33,000 nucleotides of DNA, taken from the NCBI RefSeq assembly GCF_006345805.1, contig NC_043005.1, positions 28,117,001 through 28,150,000 of the forward strand, in the 5' to 3' direction. Position 1 is the first letter of the stretch, and the number at the start of each line of letters is the position of its first letter. Source of the stretch: Octopus sinensis. Lineage: Eukaryota. This document shows, in pieces, positions 1 to 10,584 of this stretch. The position numbers and the translations under genes are program-made. The notes beneath the pieces are model-generated. The model had not been told where the DNA came from. It made no database searches and was given only the letters and a program-made list of their open reading frames with translations.

Positions 1-196
1 CACACACATACATATTATATATACATATATATGTGTGTGTGTGTGCGCATGTATGTATAGATATATATGTTTAGATATATATGTATGTGTATATATATAT
101 ATGTGTATATATATGTGTATAAATATATGTATATATATATAATATATATATATATTATATATATATATGTATATATTATATATATATATATATATA

Positions 197-256
<60 letters not shown>

Positions 257-416
257 ATATATATATATATGTATATAGATATATGTATATATATATATGT
301 GTGTGTGTATATATATGTATATATATATATGTGTGTATATATATATATATATATGTGTGTATATATATATGTGTATATATAATATATATATATTATATAT
401 ACACATATATATATAT

Positions 417-448
<32 letters not shown>

Positions 449-507
449 TAATATATATATATATATATGTATATATTATATATATATTATATATATATAT
501 ATATCTG

Positions 508-564
<57 letters not shown>

Positions 565-635
565 GTATATATATATATATGTATATAGATATATGTATAT
601 ATATATGTGTGTGTGTATATATATGTATATATATA

Positions 636-666
<31 letters not shown>

Positions 667-810
667 GTGTATATATATATGTGTGTATATATATATATAA
701 TATATATATACACATATATATATATACACACACATATATATATATATATATAATATATATATATATAATATATATATATATACATGCATATATATACATA
801 CATACATGAT
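1..810. repeat. Complex (TA)n/(TG)n microsatellite with ~300-310 bp higher-order periodicity
   Basis: Almost pure TA/TG/CA dinucleotides. Interrupting motifs recur with ~300-310 bp spacing (e.g. gtatatagatatatg at ~271 and ~581; tatctgtat at ~195 and ~503). Confidence 0.95.
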
Positions 811-1231
811 AGTAAGTTGATAAGTTTGGTCGGTGGGTAGATAGGATGTAAATGGAATTTGCTTAGGTTGTTATATAAGTTTTACAAGAAAGCAGAAATC
901 TGTGTTAAGTATTTCTTAGATATGGTGTTATCTGGAAGTAGAGCATATCTAGATATGTTCTACTTGTTTGGTTGTTTGAAAAAAGCAGTACTCATTCAGT
1001 GGCAGTTTATATTTCTGCACTGACTTGAAAAAAAAGTTAATGGACGGTCATAACTATTTCTCAACAGAAAATCAAAGTGGACACTAACTTGTTCGGATTT
1101 TTATTTGTGTGTGTGTGTGTGTGTGTGTGTGTATGGTGGTGCTGAGGTTTGCATGTATGTGTGTGTGTGTGTTTGTGTTTGTGTGTGTGTAGAAAACACT
1201 GTCAGTGCAATATATGTAACATGTTGTTTAA

Positions 1232-1442
1232 CTCTTTTGTTACTGTATTTATTACTGTGTTTCTTTCCATTATTTAAAATATAACAAAGAATTTAGTAAA
1301 ATAACTTTGTTATTATTCAGTTAGTGTTAGGAACATAAATTGTGACTAAGGTTTCGTGGAAGATTTTAATTCAAAACTTATGAAAACAAGACATTTGTAC
1401 TCAGAGCCAGAAGTGGTTTCAGCCAGGTTTGTAACAAAAGGG
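1232..1442. mobile_element. piggyBac-type MITE
   Basis: TTAA at 1228-1231 and 1443-1446. TIRs ctcttttgttac / gtaacaaaaggg (CCC...GGG-type ends, left end mutated). Internal sequence homologous to 20827-20983. Confidence 0.8.
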
Positions 1443-1450
1443 TTAAACAC

Positions 1451-1550
1451 CAGAAGCCGCAGTTTTTCATTCAAGTAAAATCCCTTTAAAGATGTTCGGT
1501 GTAATCATCCCAATAAAAGGAATTGTCTTGGTGGAAAACTGCTGCTTCTG
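1451..1550. other. 100-nt imperfect hairpin (mini foldback element or hairpin RNA)
   Basis: cagaagccgcagtttttca (1451-1469) vs tggaaaactgctgcttctg (1532-1550), 17/19 complementary, with weaker pairing further inward. Confidence 0.55.
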
Positions 1551-1670
1551 CCATTTAAACAACACATGTACACATGTTTGTGTGTTGTATGTGTAAACTT
1601 CAGCGTACAAAAACATATATTTGTGTCTAACAATCTGACATAAAAATACAAATATATATTAATAATATAT

Positions 1671-1859
1671 GTGATTGTGTAGTAAGAAGGTTGTTTCCCA
1701 ACCACGTGGTTCTGGGTTCAGACCCACTTCATGGCACCTTGGGCAAGTGTCTTCTATTATATCCTCAGGATGACCAAAGCCTTGTGAGTGGATTTGCTAG
1801 ATGGAAAGTGAAAGAAGCCCGTCGTATACATACATACATATACACACACACACACACAC

Positions 1860-1892
<33 letters not shown>

Positions 1893-2091
1893 GTGTGCCT
1901 GTATTTGTCCCCCTACCATCACTTGAGAACCAATATTGGTGTGTTTGCATCCCTGTAACTTGGCAGTTCAGCAAAAGAGACTGATAGAATAAGTACTAGG
2001 CTTACAAAGAATAAGTCCTAGGGTCAATTTGTTCAACTAAAGGTGGTGCTCCACCATGGCTACACTTTGATGTCTGAAGCAAGTAAAAGAA

Positions 2092-2092
<1 letters not shown>
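1671..2092 (+). mobile_element. tRNA-derived SINE (head + central microsatellite + tail A)
   Basis: A/B-box-like head (gggttcagaccc), shared core ggcaccttgggcaagtgtcttc...gccttgtgagtggatttg, tail gatagaataagtactaggc...aagtaaaaga. Homologous copies at 16979, 17818, 24731, 25521. Confidence 0.85.
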
Positions 2093-2136
<44 letters not shown>

Positions 2137-2439
2137 CAGAAAGTACAGGGAATCTCAAATGCTTTGAAGATTGTGTAAGTACCCTTAGAAGATGGAAAAA
2201 AATGTGGCCAGCAAGCCACTACAGAAAATCAAAACCTTTATGTCTAACATTCCAGCTGAATGCTCTGTACCATTAAGCTAAGTGACCCTTGACACTGGGT
2301 ACAGTGGGCTCAGCCAGAATTCCAGAGGTGCAGAGTTCAATTCCCTACAGTGGCTTGCTAGTCACTTTTTACTGTACTTACCCAATCTTCTAAGTAATTT
2401 CCACAGCTATTCTGCATTCAAGATTTCCTCTATTCTCTG
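2137..2439. mobile_element. Decayed TA-flanked long-TIR MITE (Tc1/mariner-type ends)
   Basis: TA|CAG...CTG|TA. The arms align in three blocks: ttacagaaagtacagggaatctcaaatgc, gaagattgtgtaagtac, agcaagccact and their reverse complements. Confidence 0.65.
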
Positions 2440-2491
2440 TAAAATACTCACTTGGTTCTTTCAAAGTTTCTTTATATATACATAAATATAT

Positions 2492-2525
<34 letters not shown>

Positions 2526-3175
2526 GACACACCCACACACACACACACACACACACATACACAAAGAAAGACACAGTTTATTGTGTCTCCCCATGTTTTA
2601 ACTCAGTACTCCCGCCTCCTATAGTTCTGATTTGATAAACCTTTCGGTATGATGTAATGATAAGTTGGTGAAATGCCAAACTGTGGCACCATGGCCCAAT
2701 TCTACCAAATATCAACTAGTCTCAAGTAATTCTACATGGCAAATGTAGTACTATGTCTCTCAATTCTGTTACAGAAAAATAGAAATGTCACTCTACACAC
2801 TCCATACACACATAAGCATACACATATACACACAGACATGTGTGTGTACATAAATACATACTTTCATGTATGTGTCAGTGTGTGTGTGTGCGTATATATA
2901 TATATATAATATATATATATACATAGTTTATATATATGTATATACTATGTAGGTATGTAGGGTATGTATGTATGTATGAAGTTAAGGGAAAATAGATAGA
3001 ATAAACTCAGACATATAACTCAGTAAGAAGTCCATGAACACAAAACCCAGCTAACAGGATGTCCATTCAGGTTTATAATAATTTGTACTGGTTGCTACTG
3101 TTGTGACAGGTACAAATCGTAAATGGAAAATCCAGACAATTCACTACTTTTAGTGTATTAATCACTAAATATATT

Positions 3176-3517
<342 letters not shown>

Positions 3518-3917
3518 ACTAAATATATTTGTAAAAAAAAAAAGAATCAAGGATCATATCCATTTGATACTTTATTCTCTCATGTATGTTTCAATGACTG
3601 GATTATAGAACAGTTGCCTACTGAACCATTTTTCTCAAAGTTTTATAAGTATTTCTGTGATACTTTTAGGGCTTTGAAAAGAATGGCTTGGAAGGTAACT
3701 GTTCTGTAAACTAGTTGATTAACAGATCAATTAGTGGAGTGATTAAGCACGCAAAGTCCTGTGTATAACGGATTCAACGTACCAGGTCATTTGAAACATA
3801 CAAAAAAGAATAAAGAACTGTATGAATATAATTCTCCATTCTTTAGTTCTTTACAGTGCCCCAGCATGGCCACAGCTCGTGAGCTGAAACTAGATAAAAT
3901 GAAAATGATATATATAT

Positions 3918-4610
3918 CATCATCATCATCATCATCATTATCATTTAACATCTCTTTTCCATGCTGGCATCGGCTGGATGGTTTGTCAAGAACAGACAAG
4001 CCAGATGTCTCTTCCAGGTTCTATGTCTGATTTGTCATGGTTTCTATGGCTGGATGCCCTTCCCAATGCCAACCACTTGAAAGTGTGTACTAGGTGCTCT
4101 TCACATGGCACCAGCACCACTGAGGTCTCCAAGTACCCACAAGATAAGATTCTTCAACTGAGCAGGATATAAACTGGAGGAGTAAGAAACTATAATAGCG
4201 GGAGAGGAGTACATGTCTTGCTGGAGATGAATGCAAAGCTTGCCCACTTGGAAAATGAAAGAGAGAAAGAAGAGAAAGAAAAAGATGTGAAGCTAAGGTA
4301 CATGAATATGATACAGAATAAGATAGAAGAGCAGGAAAGGTGGATGTATAGGTAAGAGCACTGATTAAAAATAATGTGACAGGTGATTAGAGATAGGAAA
4401 TGCGTTGGACACAGAAGATATCAGTTCAGAACAGGGGTAAGTGAAGAAAATAGTAAACATTGAAGGCTTGACAGAGCCTCAACTCTGCTGAAAAGGATGG
4501 GCCTTCTCATTCACAGCATATCACCATTCACCTCATCATCTACTCTGAGACGCTCAACATTTGTCTCATGTCTTCCTAGATCCACCTCTTCCACAAGTTC
4601 CTTTTATGTT
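3918..4610 (-). mobile_element. RTE-like LINE 3' end (ORF C-terminal remnant + 3' UTR + (GAT)n tail)
   Basis: Minus strand ~4570-4600 reads GTCGRGGSRKT*D, resembling RTE C-terminal GRGRPRKTW. The element ends in ttggcattgggaagggcatccagcc...ccagcatggaaa...gttaaatgat(gat)n, shared with 5685, 12376, 21150, 22610. Confidence 0.65.
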
Positions 4611-4645
4611 TAGCAATCAGCAAAACTATAGGATCACTCCATCAG

Positions 4646-4960
4646 TTACAACGATGAGGGCCCCAGCTGATATGATCAACAGAACAGCTTGCTCATGAAA
4701 TTAACATGCAAGTGGCTGAGCACTCCACAGTCATATGTACCCTTAACGTAGTTCTCGAGGAGATTCAAGGTGACACAGAGTGTGACAAGGCTGGCCCTTT
4801 GAAATACAGGTACTACTCATTTTTGCCAGCTGAGTGGACTGGAGCAACATGAAATAAAGTGTCTTGCTCAAGGACACAACAGGTCATTGGGAATTGCACT
4901 CATGACCTTACAATCACAAGCCTAACCACTAAGCCATGCCTAACCACTAAGCCATGCACC
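4646..4960 (-). mobile_element. Second tRNA-derived SINE family, A-box region tandemly duplicated
   Basis: Minus strand: gcatggcttagtggttagg head (18-bp duplication at 4920-4955), degenerate B box, central tgtgtccttgagcaagacactttatttc...ccactcagctggcaaaaatgagtagtacc domain. Confidence 0.75.
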
Positions 4961-5381
4961 CTCACAGCAAAACTATATATATATATATAGTAAAGTTCAA
5001 ATTGGCCAGGACATCAAGCTTCACCTAGCATTTTATTCAACCAGTCGGGCTGAGCAGTTGAGTAGAAATTAAGACACCCACAGCCATTTCTCAGAGTTTT
5101 ATAGATCCATAAATACACAGGTATTTTCCAGAAATTTTGGACATAGGTCTGCGTGCCTATGAAACTTAGAGTAATGCGTGCGTGCATCACTAAATGGTAA
5201 TCTACAAATATATACTTTAGACCTCTAGACAAAGTACTGATTGCTCTTTTCATTGTACACACTCTAATGAGTGTGTGAGTGCATATATATAATGAATGTG
5301 TGAGTTCATGTGTATACACATACATGTATGTGCTTGTGAATGTATGTGTGTGTGTGTGTGTATATATATACACACACACAC

Positions 5382-5420
<39 letters not shown>

Positions 5421-5684
5421 TGTGTGTGTGTGTGTATGTATGTATATGATATGAATGCTTGTTCAATAAGTTTGTGTAGTTGATGCACTGGATTTGCACT
5501 GACTGATGGACTCAGATTCTTCTCATACTCAAAAGTGTTTCCAATACATAACCTTTTACTTCAAAGCTTCAGCATTGTAACACAGAAACACACACACACA
5601 CACATACAGAAAGATCACCGCACGGCTCTGATAGACATGCGCGCGAGTGTGTGTGCGCGTATAATATATATGTGACAGTGTTGC

Positions 5685-5900
5685 GTAAAAATGCTTGCGT
5701 GGCACCACACAATAGCACCTGTGTGGTACCACATAAAAGCACCCAGCATACTCTGTAAAGTGGTTGGTGTTAGGGAGGGCATCCAGCCCTAGAGACCATG
5801 CCAAATCAAACTGGATTTTGGTGCAGCTCCCCAGCTTGCCAGCTCTGGTCAAACCATCCAACTCATGCCAGCATGGACAACAGACATTAAATGATGATAA
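5685..5900 (+). mobile_element. RTE-type 3' tail fragment
   Basis: aaaagcacccagcatactc...gtggttggtgttagggagggcatccagcc...ccagcatggacaacagacattaaatgatgat. Confidence 0.75.
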
Positions 5901-5944
5901 TAGAGAGAGTGAGAGGGACAGAAAGACAGACAAACAAATAGGTA

Positions 5945-5960
5945 TACAGACATATATATA

Positions 5961-6055
<95 letters not shown>

Positions 6056-6062
6056 TATATAT

Positions 6063-6129
<67 letters not shown>

Positions 6130-6136
6130 CATATAT

Positions 6137-6194
<58 letters not shown>
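5945..6194. repeat. Long (TA)n microsatellite
   Basis: ~250 bp of nearly pure TA repeat. Confidence 0.95.
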
Positions 6195-6197
<3 letters not shown>

Positions 6198-6377
6198 AGA
6201 GTTTACGAAAAAAACAAAAGACGAAGACAGGTGGTGTACAAAACAAACAGATGTATTAGTAAACACTCAGGAATAGAAAAGTCTTTTACGTTTGGAGCCT
6301 ACGCTCTTCTACAGAAAGGTACACAGAAAAAAACAAGGAGAGAAAAAAAATGTGCGTAGTGGCTAACGATCTATCAT
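6191..6377 (-). mobile_element. ~185-nt hammerhead-bearing element (family 2), ends in (TA)n
   Basis: Collinear homology with 15997-16178 from atgatagatc through cctgagtgt..actaatac..ctgtcttcgtcttttgtttt to ctatatat. Confidence 0.7.
6283..6318 (-). ncRNA. Minimal hammerhead variant (A6U core; G12 mutated to C in this copy)
   Basis: cttt-CTGTAGA-a-gagc(gtag)gctc-cAAA-CGTA-aaag. Stem I cttt/aaag and stem II are perfect; stem III is the palindrome ACGT. Confidence 0.6.
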
Positions 6378-7738
6378 ATATATCTATATATATATATAGC
6401 TATAGTTATTTTATGAATACACATATATGTATACATACAGAGACAAAGACATGAACAGAAAGATAGATAGAGAGAGCGAATGATTATATGACTACACATT
6501 TTTAAAGTTATATAGGAAAATAAGAGAAATGAATCAGATTTAGAATGTTTGAGTGTTAATATATACAATGAAACAGAAGTATTAATACAAAAAAGACACT
6601 TGAAAATAAAACCAAGTCACATGTTGAATCATACATACACACGTATGTACATACGTATGTGCATACATACATACACTCACATACATACATACATACATAC
6701 ATACATACATACACACATATGCAGACGTATTGTGCTTAAGGTAATAAGATGCCTACAGTAATCTATAACTATGTATTTATATTCTCTGAAATTGGAGAAT
6801 TCAGTAAGTGATGTAATTTCATTTCAAGTGTCCCATGATATTAGCTATTATTTTATATCATTATGTGTGCACAAGTATGCACATGTGCATGTGTGTGTGT
6901 GTCTTAATTTTAATCACTGGATTGTGGCCAGAGCTGGGAGTCATTATCTTAAAAGGTTTTAATTGATCGAGTGAGCCTCATTTCTTTTTTTTTTTTAATC
7001 CAGTTCTGATTCCCTTGATCATTGTTTTGTCAAACTGCTAAGTTACAAGGACATAAAGAAACAGAGATCACAAGATCTTTTAGGTTTAAACTGCTTCTTC
7101 TAATTTTGTTGAAAATTTCTACAAAGATGTAATTTTGCATACAAATTATGAAAATCACAACCCTTTTATGGAGGTTGCTACTTTTTTTATCCTAAATCTG
7201 ACTACACTAATCACAACAAATTATTATTTTTGGAGAAATTAATAATAAACCTGTAGAGATGAAAATATTTAATGAAAGAAAATAATTGCAACAAATTTTG
7301 AAATTCACTACAAACCCAACAGCAGTAGAAGGTACAGTCTGAATTTAGCAGAGAAATAAGGAATATAGTTTCCCCATTTCCATCATGTGACCACACATAC
7401 TCTTCACCCACTCCCTCCATATTACTTCTCATCCCTATCTCTCTCTTCTTCTTCACCCTCTCCCCTTCACCCTTACTCCTTCATCATCCCACAACCACAT
7501 ATATCAAGTTGGGTAATTGCAATTTGAATGTTGACATACAGAATAATGGGTAACAGAGACCAAACTCTGATGGGCTTTTTCAGTTTTTTGGGGTTTTTTT
7601 GCATCCATGAGTGTCATTCCCTTTTTGCTTACTCATCTCTGGGAGGAATAAACCATTTATGATGGTCTCAGCTCACCAGTAACACAAGGTCTAAGTTATA
7701 CTTTACTATTCAGCCATGTATTCGAACTGTTCATTTAC

Positions 7739-7803
7739 CTTGCCACACTTGAACGGTTCTTCTTCAAGAAACCACTCGGTAACATGAATTGGCTGTTATG
7801 AGA
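7739..7803 (-). CDS. Candidate coding exon of unknown protein (SHNSQFMLPSGFLKKNRSSVA)
   Basis: Acceptor tatatttag| and donor ag|gtaaat. Only one open frame, phase 0 in, matching the upstream candidate exon. No homology recognised. Confidence 0.35.
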
Positions 7804-8451
7804 CTAAATATATAATAGTATGTACATACACAAACAAACACCTGCATATAGAGAGAGGGAAAGGGGAAAGAGGGAGAGGGAGAGGGGAGAGAGGTGTGTA
7901 ACGTAAGAAACATGGGAAATAGCAAAAAGGACAATAAAATCCATTGAAAAACTTATTCCTTCATGGGTATGTGCACACAGTATAATTATACGTGCATAAA
8001 CATACAATCTAGATAAACATACGATCTAGATAGATCTTAATTCTTTTTCTAACATCCAAGATCTTCCTTTCAAACAATTTTTTTTCACCTCCTTATCATT
8101 AGGCCATGCACCTTCATGAGCAATCCATAAAGAATGATACAGGGAGTGTATTTAAGCAATACGGAGGGAGAATACTTAAGAAAAGGCAGTATAGAGTACA
8201 TTCTGTTCTTCAAGGAGCAAAATCACCTTTGCAGCAAAAGTGACAAAGCATATATTTGTTACTGTCATGTTGAAAAGATTCATAAAAATCCAGAGTAAAT
8301 AAAATGAGTAATAGGTAGAGAATAGCAGACACACAAAGGAAACTATTAACTACCAATCAAAGCTTAATACTTCTTGCTCAATCCGGCTTGCAATCAACCA
8401 AAAAAATAGAGCAAGCTTTATATCAACGTCATGCCAGGCACTATCACTTAC

Positions 8452-8523
8452 CTTCCAGGAAAATATTCTTTTACCAGAATTTATCTCTCCCCATCTTAAC
8501 TCGTACTTCGAATGTGTAAACAT
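8452..8523 (-). CDS. Candidate start-codon exon (MFTHSKYELRWGEINSGKRIFSWK); exon probably 8452-8575
   Basis: Strong donor aag|gtaagtg at 8451 and acceptor ccttcctttttcag| at 8576. The frame from ATG at 8523 is open to the donor in phase 0. No homology recognised. Confidence 0.35.
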
Positions 8524-9048
8524 CCGTCTAAACTTGTTTGTTGAAAGCAGGACAGGTTTTTAGTGAAATATAAACCTGAAAAAGGAAGGTAAAAATTACA
8601 CCAACACATACACATGTAGATGCATACCCTCATACACACACACACATACACACATGCATGCACGCAAATACATGTATAAAATGTATGTATAAGTGTGTAT
8701 ACATATATGTATGTATATATACACTCTAAATAATTGTCTACTGAATTCTTATTTGAACTTTGGGCTTTCCACACCTATATAAAGCATAATCCATTGTGTG
8801 TGTGTGTGTGAGTACACACACATAGAGAGAGAAACGAGGAGAGACAATTATCAAAAAGGTTGCAAGACGCAACAAAAATTTTAGAAAAATAAATAAGTAA
8901 ATGAGTGGAAACTTTACCAGTGAGTGTGTTAAATAACAAGGCACTAAAAGAGAATGACTCTGCCCAGACACAACAGAATATACTTCAAAACACGAACTCA
9001 CATAAAGAACCTTGCAAACCAAATCCAAAAGCGAAATATATATATATA

Positions 9049-10525
9049 CTAGCAGTATAGCCTGGCTTTGCTCGGGATTAAGTTAGGATTATTAAGCTAA
9101 TTAAGCTCTTTATTTCAAAGCAAACTAAGTAACATCAAATTTGAGTGAAATCTTTCGAAATTGGTAAACTTTTGGCGGAAAATGAGTTGCTGATAATTTG
9201 ATTGGGAAATCCCATAAGGAATCGGTTTATCGATTTTTTCCACTCCTTGATTGTTTTTTGGGGGTTTTTTTTTTCGTTTTTGGAGAACTTTAAGCATTCA
9301 AAGATCCCATGAGTCCTAAGTAATGCTGGCATCAAGTTTGAACAAAATACATCAAAATTGGTAGACGTTATGGTTGAAAATGGGGTGTAACCAAGTTTAG
9401 TGTGAAGTCCTATAAGGAATCGGTTTGTCGATTTTTTTTTATCTTGATTAAATGGAAAACCCCATAAGGAAATAGTTTATTGATTTTTCACCCCAAATAG
9501 GACTTAACTGAACATTGCTGATTCAAAAACATCTATATTTATACTTTAAAGTTGGTTTTCATACCCAACCCAGATCTGCAGAATCAGTGTCATGATGGGA
9601 GCGTATGGGTTGGGAGTTTGATCGGCAGAGGTGATCAGGTTCCATATGCCAACCCTTTTGAAAACACCACTCCCATCATGTAACCCCACTTTGCCCATGG
9701 GTTGAGAACCCTTCCAGCAAGGAAAATAGAACGCCCAAAAGGGCCCCTGATCCTCTGTGTGAGAAGCGGTTATGTTCAGATCACAACTAAGTATATATAT
9801 ATGGACAACACACACACACACACATAAACATATACGTACATACACCTATTGCATACATGTTTTTGCATGCCTTTGCCCCTGCCAATGTCCCACCACCACC
9901 TCCTACCTGAGTAATACCATCAATTAAAGCAAATTTGGTACCTGGGCGTAAGTTTTGTAACAGGAAGAAACATTGTTTACAAAATAATAGCTGATCAATT
10001 GTGAAGGAGCGTGTCTACAGTCAACACGTAGGTCTTTTGCTCTGGTAACCTCTGCTCTCTCCCATGTTCATGCACGACCAGCTATGTATCGCTATGAGTA
10101 GAGCAACGGATTCAGCTAATTTGGAAATTAGTTGTGGAGAAACAGAGAATATTGTTTATTTTGTATATATATATATATATATATATATATACGGGCAACA
10201 CACACACATATTGCATGCAGGTGTTTTGTACGCATACATGCTCGTGTGTGTGTGTGTGACTGAAGCTATTCACACATACATACATACATACATAACAGCC
10301 CCTGTCTGTCAATAACTCACTAAAAAGAAATTTCAAAAATCTGTTCTCTCTCTCTCTCCCTCTCTTTCCCTCTCTTTACACTGTCACTAGAAGTTATGGC
10401 TCAAAATTATTTACCCCTATTCGCGGAGGAAAATAATTTGACGAAAATACAGCAAGGGTCGTGACAAATGTCCTAAAATTTGAGCGACATGCGTGCTAAT
10501 TTGTGGATGTGCATAAACTACATTC

Positions 10526-10563
<38 letters not shown>

Positions 10564-10584
10564 CCTTCCTTATATATATACAGA
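9049..10584 (-). mobile_element. Non-autonomous Helitron, long copy (1536 bp)
   Basis: A|TC start (tctgtatatatataagg), subterminal hairpin cccgagcaaagccagg, end gctatactgCTAG|T, no TSD. Both ends homologous to 29064-29631. Confidence 0.9.
10022..10159 (+). pseudogene. Fragment of Pif1-like (Helitron RepHel) helicase C-terminus
   Basis: QHVGLLLW*PLLSPMFMHDQLCIAMSRATDSANLEISCGETENIVY matches the VG..L..PVFSHGQLYVALSR...TxNIVY signature of RepHel helicases. Confidence 0.75.

Noticed and set aside
67-809. Long Ile/Tyr-rich ORFs (also 5556-6359 and many HT/CV-rich ORFs)
   Set aside because: These are translations of (TA)n, (CA)n and (TATG)n repeats, which lack stop codons.
2377-2440. Minus-strand GTAAGT donor and apparent exon
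   Set aside because: All frames contain stops, and the motif is part of a MITE arm.
5014-5260. ~80 stop-free non-repetitive codons on the minus strand (KRAISTLSRGLKYIF...)
   Set aside because: No recognisable homology and only moderate splice sites. It is phase-compatible with the 7739 exon but otherwise unsupported.
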